Part shown: positions 35,974-46,036 of the stretch, piece after piece
Layout of the letters: each line of letters starts with the position of its first letter
Numbering within the stretch: the first letter of the stretch is position 1
Source of the DNA: Actinomycetota bacterium
GTDB taxonomy: Bacteria; Actinomycetota; Acidimicrobiia; Acidimicrobiales; MedAcidi-G1
NCBI GenBank assembly: GCA_036123635.1
Contig: JAZADL010000095.1
Location: forward strand, 1 to 53,606
Reading direction: 5' to 3'
DNA: 53,606 nt
Translations under genes and position numbers: made by a program
The notes under the pieces: generated by a model
Told to the model about the DNA's origin: nothing
Database searches by the model: none
What the model saw: the letters and a program-made list of their open reading frames with translations, nothing else

Positions 35974-36822
35974 GTGTCCGCCCCCTTCGAAACGGTCCGG
36001 CTCACTCCGGTTATCGGCGCTGAGGTCCGGGGCCTCGACGTGACCGGCGGAATCGACGAAGCCACCACCGACGCTCTCTACCGGACCCTCCTCGAACACC
36101 ACGTCCTGATCCTGCGCGGCAGGTCACTATCGCCCGAACAGCTGGAGGTGCTCGCCTCAGCCTTCGGGCCCCTGGCACCTTCCCACCACACGTACCCCCA
36201 CCTCCCGGGGCACCCGTCGGTGACAGTGCTCGACAACGGACCTGACAACCCACCCGACAACGCCGAATGGCACACCGATCTGAGCTTCCGTCCCGGTCAA
36301 CCGTTCCTTTCGATCCTCCAGCCGTCACTCCTACCGCCCGTCGGCGGCGACACCCTGTTCGCCAGCCTGTTCGCCGTTCACGACGCTCTCCTCCCAGGAA
36401 TGAGGACCGACCTCGGCGACCTATCCAGCGTCCACGACATGGGCTCATTCCGCACCCACACCTTCCAAGAGGGCGGGGTGGAACTGATGAACGAGCGGAT
36501 GGCCGAAGTCGGATCGACAGTCCATCCGATGATCGACCACCACCCAGTATCCGGTCGACCGTTCATCCACGTGAACGAGTGCTTCACAACCCACGTTCTG
36601 GGCATGCCTATGCCCGAGGGTCGACGCCTGCTGGCCTTCCTGTTCGACATGATCAACCGACCACAGTTCCAAGTACGGGTCCGGTGGGAGAAGGACATGG
36701 TGCTTCTGTGGGACAACCGCGGAACCCAGCACTACGCGGCCGACGACTACCTCCCACACCGGCGGGTAATGCACCGGGTGATGGTTGCCGAAGACCCTCG
36801 AGTCAACGGCTCAGCCGACTAG
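35974..36822 (+). CDS. TauD/TfdA-family Fe(II)/2-oxoglutarate dioxygenase (taurine / alkyl-sulfate-ester dioxygenase-like)
   Basis: 282 aa. GAEVRGLDV, WHTDLSF (HxD), GGDTLFAS, distal His region HPMIDHHP, WDNRGTQHYA. Confidence 0.85.
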   Translation: MSAPFETVRLTPVIGAEVRGLDVTGGIDEATTDALYRTLLEHHVLILRGRSLSPEQLEVLASAFGPLAPSHHTYPHLPGHPSVTVLDNGPDNPPDNAEWHTDLSFRPGQPFLSILQPSLLPPVGGDTLFASLFAVHDALLPGMRTDLGDLSSVHDMGSFRTHTFQEGGVELMNERMAEVGSTVHPMIDHHPVSGRPFIHVNECFTTHVLGMPMPEGRRLLAFLFDMINRPQFQVRVRWEKDMVLLWDNRGTQHYAADDYLPHRRVMHRVMVAEDPRVNGSAD

Positions 36823-36867
36823 CACCCGTCGGGGGATCGTTGACGTCGACGAATCCCCACAGGGAGA

Positions 36868-37926
36868 ATGCGCGGCAACCAACCACCCTCCCCCGACACC
36901 CCATGGAACTTCGGAGCGTGTCCGATGCCCCACAGCCCAAACCCGCCGATTCCCTACGCCGGAGTATCTAACAGCGACTACGAGCCGCCAGTCCCGATCA
37001 CACCCCCACCGATCTACGCCTGGCCGCCTAGACCACTAGCCACAGCCCGGTGGTTTATCGGGCGCCTCCTGTACCCATGGGTGGGCACCTACCTGATCCT
37101 TTCCCTCGTTATATGGAAGTGGCTCCTACCTTCCGAAGATCAGATGGCCACCCTGCAGGCAAACTGGATTTTCCAGATCTGGGTACGCAACCTGGCCGTC
37201 CTTGCCCTGGTGGCCGGCAGCTTGCACTGGTCGCTCTACGCCCGACGCCGCCAGGGCGACGCCTACAAATTCAATCGACGATGGCCGGGACAAGGTGGCA
37301 AGTATCTGTTCGGCGACCAAGTAAAAGACAACGCATTCTGGACTCTGACCAGCGGCGGATTCTTTCTAACGGCCTACGAGGCGCTCACCCACTGGGCCTA
37401 TGCCAGCGGACTAGTAGATCGGCCAGGCTGGGTCTCCAACCCGGCCTATGTATTCGTGATGGCCACTCTGGGTGTGGTCTTGTGGTCCACACTCCACTTC
37501 TGGGCCAATCACCGGCTCCTCCACTGGAAGCCGCTGTACCGGGCGGCCCACCACCTTCACCACCGCAACATCAACCCAGGACCGTGGAGCGGAATTTCCA
37601 TGCATCCCCTGGAGCACCTGATCTACTTCTCGCTCTTCCTTCTCTGGTGGGTAGTACCAGTCCACCCAGTGGTCATCTTGATGTGCGGCTTCTACCAAGG
37701 ACCCGGCCCTGCACCATCCCACTCGGGTTTCGAACGAGTGAGGATCGCCGGCCGGTGGCAAATCCCAGCAGGAGACCTCTTCCACCAACTGCACCACCGA
37801 TGCTTTGAGGTGAACTACGGCAACACGCAGGCGCCAATCGATAGGGTCACCGGGACCTGGCATGACGGGACCCGCGAGGCTCACGAGCGCCTCAAAAGCC
37901 GCCGCCGGGTCGATCAGGTCGCCTGA
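36868..37926 (+). CDS. fatty-acid hydroxylase / sterol desaturase-superfamily membrane di-iron enzyme
   Basis: 352 aa. TM helices plus three His boxes: HFWANHRLLHW, AHHLHHRN, FHQLHHR. Pro-rich N-terminus, so the start could instead be ATG 36925. Confidence 0.8.
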   Translation: MRGNQPPSPDTPWNFGACPMPHSPNPPIPYAGVSNSDYEPPVPITPPPIYAWPPRPLATARWFIGRLLYPWVGTYLILSLVIWKWLLPSEDQMATLQANWIFQIWVRNLAVLALVAGSLHWSLYARRRQGDAYKFNRRWPGQGGKYLFGDQVKDNAFWTLTSGGFFLTAYEALTHWAYASGLVDRPGWVSNPAYVFVMATLGVVLWSTLHFWANHRLLHWKPLYRAAHHLHHRNINPGPWSGISMHPLEHLIYFSLFLLWWVVPVHPVVILMCGFYQGPGPAPSHSGFERVRIAGRWQIPAGDLFHQLHHRCFEVNYGNTQAPIDRVTGTWHDGTREAHERLKSRRRVDQVA

Positions 37927-37976
37927 ATGATGTCCCCGGTTGGGGTCGGGGACGGAGCCTGCGCCACGCTGAAGGC

Positions 37977-40277
37977 ATGGACCATCCCACCGTTGACGGC
38001 CCGATCATCGGGCGCACCACCAGCGAGTCCACCCCTTGGTGGCCTGAGCCCGTTCTGCCGGCCGCCGGCACCCCCAATGTCGTCGTCGTACTGCTGGACG
38101 ACACCGGTTTCGCCCATCTTGGGTGTTACGGAGGACCGGTCGACACTCCAAACTATGACCGTCTAGCCGCCCAGGGCCTTCGCTACACAAACTTTCACAC
38201 CACGGCGCTCTGCTCGCCGACTCGCGCCTGCCTATTAACGGGTCGCAACCATCACTCAGTAGGTATGCGGGCTCTGTCCAACTTCGACACCGGCTTTCCC
38301 AATATGCGCGGTCGAATCGCCCGATCGGCAGGCACGCTGGCTGAGATCCTGCGCGAGGACGGCTTCGCTACGTGGGCCATCGGCAAGTGGCACCTCACCC
38401 CAATGCGAGAAGCCTCGGCTGTCGGCCCATTCGGAGACTGGCCACTCCAGCGGGGATTCGACCGGTACTACGGATTCATGCAGGGTGAAACCGACCAGTT
38501 CCACCCGGAGCTCTACGAGGACAACCACCTAGTTGACGTACCTCAAACTCCGGCGGAGGGCTACCACGTCACAGAAGATCTGGTCGATCACGCAATCGAC
38601 TTGGTCCGGACCCAACACACGATGGTTCCGGAACGTCCGTTCTTTCTTTACCTGGCCTTTGGCGCTACCCATGCTCCCCACCAGGCACCGGACGCCTATC
38701 TCGAGAAGTGGCGGGGACGATTCGACGAAGGATGGGACGTAGTCCGCCAACAGGTTTACGAACGACAACTGGACATGGGAGTGATCCCACCCGGGACGGA
38801 GCTAGCCCCCCGGAACCCAGGAGTGGAGGCGTGGGAAGACCTCTCGACCGACGAACGTGACGTGGCCTGCCGACTCCAAGAGGCCTTCGCCGCCATGCTC
38901 GACCACACCGACACCCAACTAGGGCGACTGCTGGACTCGCTGGACGAGCTGGGCATTACCGACGACACCGTGATCGTGGCACTCAGCGACAACGGGGCCT
39001 CGCAGGAAGGCCGAGCCCACGGAGTCCTGGACACATTCCGACATTTCAACGGAATCAATCAGCCCCTCGACGAAGCGATGGACCGGCTGGACGCCATCGG
39101 GACCCGGACGTCCAACACCAACTACCCCTGGGGGTGGGCCCAGGTAGGCAACACCCCCGGCAAGCGCTACAAGCAGAACACCCACGGCGGCGGGGTCCGC
39201 GATCCCCTGATTGTTTCGTGGCCCAACGGCATCCACCAGGACGCCTCAGGGGGAATCCGAACCCAGTTCCACCATGTGATCGACTTGGCCCCGACGATTC
39301 TCGAACTGGTCGGCTCGGCACCGCCCGATGCGATTGGAGGCGTGGCTCAACAGCCGATCGAGGGGACCAGCCTTGCATACACCTTCGACACAAAGGCCGA
39401 GGACGCCGACGCCGTTCCCACACGGAAGGAGAGCCAATACTTCGAGATGCAAGGGCACCGGGCCCTCTGGCACGACGGATGGAAGGCCGTGGCCTATCAC
39501 CGACACGGCACGGCATTAGACGACGATGTCTGGGAGCTTTACCACCTCGACGAGGACTTCTCGGAGTGTCACGACCTGGCCGATGGCCACCCTGAACGAC
39601 TGGCTGGAATGGTGGACCGATTCTGGGAGGAGGCCGAACGCTACGACGTCCTACCCATCATGGATGACGCCGGAGACCTCGGCGGGTCACGACCCCTGTT
39701 TGCCGGCCACCCCACTCCCGGAACCCCAAAGAACCGGGACGAATTCACCTACCTTCCGCCCACACCGCGTGTTCCCCCGGATGCCGGTCCCGCCTTCGGC
39801 TCACGCAACTGGACAATGCGCTTCGAGGTAGAGCGGCCCGACGGAGAAGAGGCCGGAGTCCTCCTAGCCGTCGGCACAGTGAACAACGGGCTGGTGGCCT
39901 ACGTCGACCAGCGAGGACACCTCATCTACGACCACAACGCCTACGGCAACCACACAGTGCTCCGGTCGCTGTCACCCATTCCAACCGGGTGTTCCGTCCT
40001 AGAGGTTCACCAGGACCGCGTGCGGCAAGGTCCCGGACGGGCCCGCCTGGTGGTTGACGGAACACAGGTTGGAGAGAAGAGCATCCCCGAAATTCCCACC
40101 ATGATCTCACCCGTCGGATTGGACGTGGGCCGGAACCCAACCGGGGTTAGTTCGGACTACGAGCCCCCCTTCGCTTTCCAGGGCCGAATCCACCGAGTGG
40201 ACATTGCCACCCGACGAGCCTTCCGGGCAGAAGATGAGGCGGCAATCGAGTTGGCGGCCGCCGAACGGATGCAGTGA
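37977..40277 (+). CDS. Cys-type formylglycine arylsulfatase, long form (paralog of 26901..29192)
   Basis: 766 aa. VVVVLLDDTGF, LCSPTRACLLTGR (Cys codon 38211..38213), GKWHL, SDNGAS, WELYHLDEDFSE, C-terminal jelly-roll-like extension. No signal peptide. Confidence 0.92.
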   Translation: MDHPTVDGPIIGRTTSESTPWWPEPVLPAAGTPNVVVVLLDDTGFAHLGCYGGPVDTPNYDRLAAQGLRYTNFHTTALCSPTRACLLTGRNHHSVGMRALSNFDTGFPNMRGRIARSAGTLAEILREDGFATWAIGKWHLTPMREASAVGPFGDWPLQRGFDRYYGFMQGETDQFHPELYEDNHLVDVPQTPAEGYHVTEDLVDHAIDLVRTQHTMVPERPFFLYLAFGATHAPHQAPDAYLEKWRGRFDEGWDVVRQQVYERQLDMGVIPPGTELAPRNPGVEAWEDLSTDERDVACRLQEAFAAMLDHTDTQLGRLLDSLDELGITDDTVIVALSDNGASQEGRAHGVLDTFRHFNGINQPLDEAMDRLDAIGTRTSNTNYPWGWAQVGNTPGKRYKQNTHGGGVRDPLIVSWPNGIHQDASGGIRTQFHHVIDLAPTILELVGSAPPDAIGGVAQQPIEGTSLAYTFDTKAEDADAVPTRKESQYFEMQGHRALWHDGWKAVAYHRHGTALDDDVWELYHLDEDFSECHDLADGHPERLAGMVDRFWEEAERYDVLPIMDDAGDLGGSRPLFAGHPTPGTPKNRDEFTYLPPTPRVPPDAGPAFGSRNWTMRFEVERPDGEEAGVLLAVGTVNNGLVAYVDQRGHLIYDHNAYGNHTVLRSLSPIPTGCSVLEVHQDRVRQGPGRARLVVDGTQVGEKSIPEIPTMISPVGLDVGRNPTGVSSDYEPPFAFQGRIHRVDIATRRAFRAEDEAAIELAAAERMQ

Positions 40278-40283
40278 GACCTG

Positions 40284-41627
40284 ATGGCGACGGCGACCGA
40301 ACGGACGGCGGAGACCGTTGAACTTCTCCAGGCTCTGATCCGCAATGCATGCGTGAATGACGGCACCCCAGAGTCCGGCCAAGAGGTTCGCAACGCCGAT
40401 CTGTTGGCGACCTACCTGGAGGGCACCGGGCTGGACCTTCAGCGCTACGAGCCCACCCCCGGCCGGACCTCGCTGGTGGCCCGGATCGAGGGGTCAGACC
40501 CCGCCGCCCCATCTCTGTGCCTCATGGGTCACACCGACGTGGTTCCGGTGAATCCAAGCGGCTGGAGCCGCGACCCGTTTGATGGAGAGGTGGTGGACGG
40601 AGAGGTCTGGGGTCGAGGTGCCGTCGACATGCTGAACCTGACTGCCTCCCAAGCCGTTGCCTTTCGAAGTTTGGCTGACAGCGGTTTTCGGCCTACCGGC
40701 GACCTGATCCTGTTCGCGGTGGCCGACGAAGAGTCTGGCAGCGTCCACGGGGCCCGCTGGATGGCCGACCACGAGGCCGACGCCATCCGAGCCGACTACG
40801 TCCTCACCGAGAACGGTGGCCTCCACTCCGGGAACGCAGAGGCTCCGGCCATCTCGGTCAACGTGGCCGAGAAGGGAGCGTCATGGCGGCGTCTGACCGT
40901 TCGAGGAACCCCAGGGCATGGTTCGACGCCCTACCGGACCGACAACGCCCTGGTGAAGGCGGCCGCTGTAATCCAGCGCCTAGCCGACTACCGACCACCG
41001 GCGCGCTTCCACGAACTGTGGAGGGGTCAGGTGGACGCTATGGCCCTAGATGAGGAGCTCCGAGAGCAACTCCTTGACACGGACCAGATCGACGAGTTTC
41101 TGGCTGCCGTACCAAGCTCGGGAACGGCTGGACACCTGCACGCCTGCACCCACACCACCTTCTCGCCCAACGTGGCTGACGGTCTAGGCAAGACCAACGT
41201 GATACCTGACCGGGTATCCATCGATGTGGACATCCGCACCATGCCCGGCGACCACACCGAAGAGGTCCGAGAACACCTCCGCGAGGCACTCGGAGACCTA
41301 GTCGACCACGTTGAGGTAGAGGTACTCCAAGACGACGCCGCCTCATCCAGCCGGGTTGACACCCCCCTCTGGGATGCGCTGGAGCGGGCTGTGGCACGGC
41401 CATTTCCCACGGCCCGGATCAATCCCCAGTTCATCGTGGGATTCACCGACGCTCGTATCTACCGGGAGATGGGAGCCGTGGCCTACGGGGCGGGTCTCCT
41501 CAGCCCTCGGATCAGTGGTGGAGAATTCTCCCAGAGGTTCCACGGAAACGACGAGCGGATTGACATCGAGTCACTAGGTCTGACCACCGGGCTGTATCAC
41601 GACGTCTGCACGGACCTATTGGGATGA
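40284..41627 (+). CDS. M20-family metallopeptidase/deacylase (ArgE/DapE/ACY1/CPG2 group)
   Basis: 447 aa. LMGHTDVVPV, WGRGAVDMLN, FAVADEESG, dimerisation insert, C-terminal FHGNDERI. Confidence 0.88.
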   Translation: MATATERTAETVELLQALIRNACVNDGTPESGQEVRNADLLATYLEGTGLDLQRYEPTPGRTSLVARIEGSDPAAPSLCLMGHTDVVPVNPSGWSRDPFDGEVVDGEVWGRGAVDMLNLTASQAVAFRSLADSGFRPTGDLILFAVADEESGSVHGARWMADHEADAIRADYVLTENGGLHSGNAEAPAISVNVAEKGASWRRLTVRGTPGHGSTPYRTDNALVKAAAVIQRLADYRPPARFHELWRGQVDAMALDEELREQLLDTDQIDEFLAAVPSSGTAGHLHACTHTTFSPNVADGLGKTNVIPDRVSIDVDIRTMPGDHTEEVREHLREALGDLVDHVEVEVLQDDAASSSRVDTPLWDALERAVARPFPTARINPQFIVGFTDARIYREMGAVAYGAGLLSPRISGGEFSQRFHGNDERIDIESLGLTTGLYHDVCTDLLG

Positions 41628-42433
41628 GTAGCCAGTTCGATCGGGAGACCGAGGTGGAGCCTGTCGGAGAGGGACAATTCACCGCCCAGGTCAGCGGGTC
41701 GTGGAACATCGGAGACAATCCAAACGGCGGTTACCTGACGGCCATCGCCCTCCAGGCCCTACGCCAAACAGGACCTCATCAGGACCCGGTCTCGGTAACG
41801 ACCCACTTCCTCCGTCCCGGCTCTGGGGGGCAGGATGCTGAGGTAACCACCAAGTTGCTGCGCTCCGGACGATCGGTGACCACGGGACAGGCCACGCTCT
41901 CACAGGACGGACGGCCCCGGATTGAAGTGGTAGCCGCCCTAGGCGACCTGTCGGACGCGTCGGGCCACGACCACGAGATCACCTTTCCTCCACCCAGCAT
42001 GCCGCCCCTAGCGGAGTGCGTTGAACGCGACGGGCTAGAGCAGGGCGTCCGCCTATTCATCTCTAGCCGGGTTGATCTCCGTGTGCACCCCGCGATGTCG
42101 ACCGCTGGGGGCTCGAACAAGGCCGAGGTGGTTGGATGGATCCGTTTTGCCGACAAACGGCCCCCCGATGCTCTAGGCGCCGTACTGTTCTCCGACGCCT
42201 TCGCTCCGTCGATCTTCTCCCGGCTCGGAAGGGTCGGCTGGGTGCCCACCATCGAGCTGACCGTCCACGTGAGACGCCGTCCCGGGCCCGGGTGGATGAT
42301 GGGCCGATTCATCACCGAGGACCTGCACGACGGCCGGATGATCGAGGATGGATGCATCTGGGATGCCGATGGGTCCCTAGTCGCCCGGTCCCGCCAACTG
42401 GCCATGCTCCTTCCAGGAACCGTCGGCAGTTGA
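41624..42433 (+). CDS. acyl-CoA thioesterase-family (double hot-dog, TesB-like) protein
   Basis: 269 aa. ATGA overlap with the M20 gene. WNIGDNPNGGYLTAIAL and WVPTIELTVHV motifs are typical of the PF13622-type thioesterases. Confidence 0.75.
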   Translation: MSSQFDRETEVEPVGEGQFTAQVSGSWNIGDNPNGGYLTAIALQALRQTGPHQDPVSVTTHFLRPGSGGQDAEVTTKLLRSGRSVTTGQATLSQDGRPRIEVVAALGDLSDASGHDHEITFPPPSMPPLAECVERDGLEQGVRLFISSRVDLRVHPAMSTAGGSNKAEVVGWIRFADKRPPDALGAVLFSDAFAPSIFSRLGRVGWVPTIELTVHVRRRPGPGWMMGRFITEDLHDGRMIEDGCIWDADGSLVARSRQLAMLLPGTVGS

Positions 42434-42473
42434 ACCGAGGTCCGGCAGGCAGCTGGGAGGGAGTCAGCGCCGT

Positions 42474-43238
42474 TTAGGTCCCGGTCCATTCCGGAGGGCG
42501 TTTCTCGGCGAAGGCTCGAGGGCCCTCTTTAGCATCGTTGGACTTCCAGACGGTGGCCATGTGGGGGCGCTGGATCTTCCACATTTCCTCTTCGGTGGCG
42601 CCTTGGGTTGCCCGGACGAGCTGTTTGGAAGCGGCCACAGCCAACGGAGCGTTCCGGGCGATTCGCTCGGCCAGGGTGAGAGCCTCACCGAGAGCGTCAC
42701 CGGGCTCAGCCAGCCGGGAGACCAGACCGCGGTCGGCAGCTTGCTCAGCTGTGATCGGATCTCCAGTGATGGCCATCTCCATGGCCGTGCCGTAGCCGAC
42801 ACGACCAGGGAGTCGGAATAGGCCAGCTCCTGCGGCAAACAGACCCACCCCGACCTCCGGGATGCCTAACTTGGCGTTACGGGCGGCTACCAGCAGGTCA
42901 CAGGACAGTGCCAGTTCCAGCCCCCCAGCCAGGGCGAAGCCCTCAATCGCTCCGACAAGAGGTTTGGCTGCACCGTTTTGAACGAACTCCAACATCGGTC
43001 CGATGTCCTCGCCTCGCGAGAATGCCTTCAGGTCCATACCAGAGCAGAAGCCCTTTCCGGCACCAGTTAGAACGCCAGCCGTGAGCCCAGAATCACTGTT
43101 GAGATCCTGCACGGCGGACCACAGGCCCTCGGACAGGGCCCCGTTGATGGCGTTCATGGCCTCGGGCCGATTCAACGTAATGACCATCACCCGGTCCCGC
43201 CGCTCGGTGAGCACCGCCGACTCCCCATTGCCGCTCAT
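42474..43238 (-). CDS. enoyl-CoA hydratase/isomerase (crotonase) family
   Basis: 254 aa. VMVITLNRPEAMNAI, GAGKGFCSGMDL, AIEGFALAGGLELAL, EGPRAFAEKR. Confidence 0.9.
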   Translation of the reverse strand: MSGNGESAVLTERRDRVMVITLNRPEAMNAINGALSEGLWSAVQDLNSDSGLTAGVLTGAGKGFCSGMDLKAFSRGEDIGPMLEFVQNGAAKPLVGAIEGFALAGGLELALSCDLLVAARNAKLGIPEVGVGLFAAGAGLFRLPGRVGYGTAMEMAITGDPITAEQAADRGLVSRLAEPGDALGEALTLAERIARNAPLAVAASKQLVRATQGATEEEMWKIQRPHMATVWKSNDAKEGPRAFAEKRPPEWTGT

Positions 43239-43249
43239 CTTCGGTCTAC

Positions 43250-44029
43250 CTACTTGGGAGGCATCCGGATGCCCCCGTCCACCCGGACGACTTCACCGTT
43301 CATGTATGGGTTAGTAAGCAAGTCCATGACCATAAAGGCCAGCTCCTCCGAAGAACCCAGGCGCTTCGGGAATAACACCGATTGGCCCAGGTGAGCTTTG
43401 AAGGCGTCGCTCTGCTCGCCCTCGCCGTAGATGGGCGTGTCGATTAGGCCGGGGGCGATGGTGTTGACCCGCACGCCGACAGCCGCTAAGTCACGGGCGA
43501 TAGGCAGCGTCATGCCCACGATGCCGCCCTTGGAGGCCGAGTAGGAGGCCTGTCCGATCTGGCCGTCGAAGGCCGCTGCCGAAGCCATGTTGACCACGGC
43601 ACCTCGCTGTCCGTCCTCATCCAGCGGCTCGGTCGCCGCCATGGCACCGGCCGCCCGGCTGAGCACGTTGAACGAACCAATCAGGTTCACCCGGACCACG
43701 AACTCGAACCGTTCTAGGTCCATCGGCTCGTTGTCGCGGGAAATAGTACGGGCCGCATATCCGAGGCCAGCTGAGTTGACGAGCGCCCTGAGTGGGCCCA
43801 TCTCGGAAGCGGCGGCGACCGCGGTATCGGCGTCGTCGGTGCTGGTGACGTCGCATCGAACAAATAAGCCACCCAACTCTGAGGCCACAGCCTGGCCACG
43901 ATCTTCGTTCAGGTCGGCGACGACAACCCGACTTCCGGCGGCTGCCAGCTGGCGTGCGCTGGCCTCACCGATGCCGGACGCTCCGCCAGTGACGATGGAG
44001 GAACTGCCCTCCAGGTCCATTCGGGGCAC
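43250..44029 (-). CDS. short-chain dehydrogenase (3-hydroxyacyl-CoA dehydrogenase type-2-like)
   Basis: 259 aa. TGGASGIGEA, NSAG, YSASKGGIVGMT, C-terminal NGEVVRVDGGIRM. Confidence 0.88.
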   Translation of the reverse strand: MPRMDLEGSSSIVTGGASGIGEASARQLAAAGSRVVVADLNEDRGQAVASELGGLFVRCDVTSTDDADTAVAAASEMGPLRALVNSAGLGYAARTISRDNEPMDLERFEFVVRVNLIGSFNVLSRAAGAMAATEPLDEDGQRGAVVNMASAAAFDGQIGQASYSASKGGIVGMTLPIARDLAAVGVRVNTIAPGLIDTPIYGEGEQSDAFKAHLGQSVLFPKRLGSSEELAFMVMDLLTNPYMNGEVVRVDGGIRMPPK

Positions 44030-44079
44030 GCTGATCTCCTCTCGTGTTATCGCTGGTGTGCGGTTGAACCCGGGTCAGG

Positions 44080-45162
44080 TCAACCGTGGGGGAGCAGGAC
44101 GGTTCGGGCCTCAGCGCCGGCCTTCAGGGCGTCGAATGCCTCCTGAAGGCCGTCAAGGCCGGCAGTGTGGGAGACCAACTCGTCCAGTCGAAGCATTCCC
44201 CGGAGGTACAGGCCGGCCAAGAGCGGGAAATCCCGCCGAGGCTTACCACCCCCAGCTCGGATACCCAAGAGGTTCTTATTCTGGTGAAGGGCCTGGAACG
44301 GGTAGGTGACAGTAGCCGTGAGGTCGGGAACCCCTACGGCACAAACGTTTCCGCCAGCCCGGGCCATAGAGATGGCATCGGCCAAGAGTTTGGTGCTCCC
44401 GACCACCTCGAAAGCGTGGTCTACACCGCCTCCGCTGAGCTGTTGAACAGCGGCCACGGCGTCGAAATCGTCGCTGTCGGCCAACAGGAAATCGGTGGCT
44501 CCGAACTCGGTGGCCGTCCGCTCCTTGGAGGGTGCCCGGTCGATAGCGATGATCTGAGAGGCGCCACTGAGTCGGGCCGCCTGGATGACGTTTAGACCGA
44601 CGCCCCCTGCGCCGATGACCACCACTCGGTCACCGACGGCGACCCGGGCCCGGTTAAAAACTGCCCCGGCTCCGGTCATTACCCCGCACCCGATGAGGGC
44701 CGCCGAGGTGAGGGGAACCTCAGTGGGGATAGGGACGGCCTGGTTCTCGTGGACGATGGTCTCCTGGGCAAAGGCGCCCAGGTTGGCGAACCCCCACAAG
44801 GCCTGGTCGCCCTCGACGTGAGTGTGCCGAAGACCACCGAAGCCACAGTTGCCCGGGTCTCCACCCTCGCAGGTCGGGCAGTGGCCACAGTTCCCAAACG
44901 TAGAAAGCACCACGTGGTCACCCACCGAGCAATAGGTGACGGCCGATCCGATCTCCACAACGACGCCGGCTGCTTCGTGCCCGGGGACCAGCGGGGTGGG
45001 CATGTAGTACTTGCCGTGCACGCAACTGAGGTCACTTCCGCAGACGCCGGCCGCCCGGATCTCAACGCGGACCTGCCGCGGTTCTAGGTCCGCTGCGTGC
45101 TCGAGGGCGTCGGACAGCCGGACGTGTTCCTCGCCGTTGTCCTCCTGGATAAGGCCCTGCAT
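44080..45162 (-). CDS. zinc-dependent alcohol dehydrogenase (class III/medium-chain family)
   Basis: 360 aa. GVCGSDLS, GHEAAGVV, structural-Zn Cys cluster CGHCPTCEGG, Rossmann VIGAGGVG. Confidence 0.9.
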   Translation of the reverse strand: MQGLIQEDNGEEHVRLSDALEHAADLEPRQVRVEIRAAGVCGSDLSCVHGKYYMPTPLVPGHEAAGVVVEIGSAVTYCSVGDHVVLSTFGNCGHCPTCEGGDPGNCGFGGLRHTHVEGDQALWGFANLGAFAQETIVHENQAVPIPTEVPLTSAALIGCGVMTGAGAVFNRARVAVGDRVVVIGAGGVGLNVIQAARLSGASQIIAIDRAPSKERTATEFGATDFLLADSDDFDAVAAVQQLSGGGVDHAFEVVGSTKLLADAISMARAGGNVCAVGVPDLTATVTYPFQALHQNKNLLGIRAGGGKPRRDFPLLAGLYLRGMLRLDELVSHTAGLDGLQEAFDALKAGAEARTVLLPHG

Positions 45163-45251
45163 GGGGACGTGCTCCGTTCAACCGAAATCAGACAGAACCC
45201 ATCATCCCGCCCGGATGTCGACAGGGCCAACGCGTGGAACGGTGTCGACGA

Positions 45252-46010
45252 TCACAGCGAGGACCAGAAGCCCACAAGCAGGTCAGCTGCTTCACCGGGC
45301 CGTTCCATCATCCACCAATGGCCAGCACCATCTAGCGGAGCGTGACGGGCCCCCAGGCGGTCGGCTACCTCGGCGGCTCGACCTGGCGGACCTACATAGG
45401 GGTCCTCGGTCGGGTCCAGGGCCAGCCCAGGTGGGAGGTCGGCGGTCGCCAGGACTTCGCCTAACTGGACCATTGCCGGCTGGGCACCCGACCGGTAGAG
45501 CGGAAGGATGCACTCGACCATGGTTTCGAGAGCGTCGGCCATGTCGGCGGCCGCCGCTTCGGTTACGCCGTTATTGCCCATATTGGCGATCCAGTCTTCG
45601 CGTGACACAGAGCGCATGCCTTCTAACACCTGTTCACCGACATCAGGCGTTTGCCAGAGCTCAGCTAAGTCGTGCCACCGGTAATCGGGATGTACAAGGC
45701 CTGTGCAGTCACACGCCCACGAGCGAACCAAATCAGGTCGGGTGGCCAGCACGCCGAACACGTGACCGGCACCCCAGTCGTGACCAACCAGGTGAACCGG
45801 ATTACCACCGGAGTCCAGATCCTCCAGTTCGGCGATCAGCCAGTCCCGGTATTCGACCTGGGTAGCTGTCCACCCATCCGGGGTAGGTGCACCGAATCCG
45901 GGCGGTGACAGCAGTACCAGGTCAGCGACATTGCGGTCGGTGAGCTCGCCGACGAGGTCAGTCCAGATGGCGTCAGTCTCCGGGTTCCCGTGGATCAGGA
46001 CAGTGGTCAT
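45252..46010 (-). CDS. alpha/beta-fold hydrolase
   Basis: ORF 45252..46040. ATG 46010 (GGAG upstream) gives MTTVLIHGNPE.... Nucleophile elbow VGHDWGAG, C-terminal GAGHWWMMERP. Confidence 0.8.
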   Translation of the reverse strand: MTTVLIHGNPETDAIWTDLVGELTDRNVADLVLLSPPGFGAPTPDGWTATQVEYRDWLIAELEDLDSGGNPVHLVGHDWGAGHVFGVLATRPDLVRSWACDCTGLVHPDYRWHDLAELWQTPDVGEQVLEGMRSVSREDWIANMGNNGVTEAAAADMADALETMVECILPLYRSGAQPAMVQLGEVLATADLPPGLALDPTEDPYVGPPGRAAEVADRLGARHAPLDGAGHWWMMERPGEAADLLVGFWSSL

Positions 46011-46036
46011 GCATTCATCTCCATTTCCGGTAGGGG

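Noticed and set aside
36267-37808. Alternative-frame ORFs 36267..36971 (234 aa) and 37050..37808 (252 aa) overlapping the TauD and fatty-acid-hydroxylase genes
   Set aside because: They have P/R/S-rich low-complexity translations. The annotated frames carry the WHTD and His-box motifs, so overprinting is not supported.
43587-45865. Long plus-strand ORFs (43587..44309, 240 aa; 45011..45865, 284 aa) antisense to the SDR, alcohol dehydrogenase and hydrolase genes
   Set aside because: Their translations are dominated by R/P/S/A/G with no recognisable motifs. The opposite strand encodes textbook SDR, Zn-ADH and alpha/beta-hydrolase motifs. These are typical stop-poor antisense frames of GC-rich DNA.
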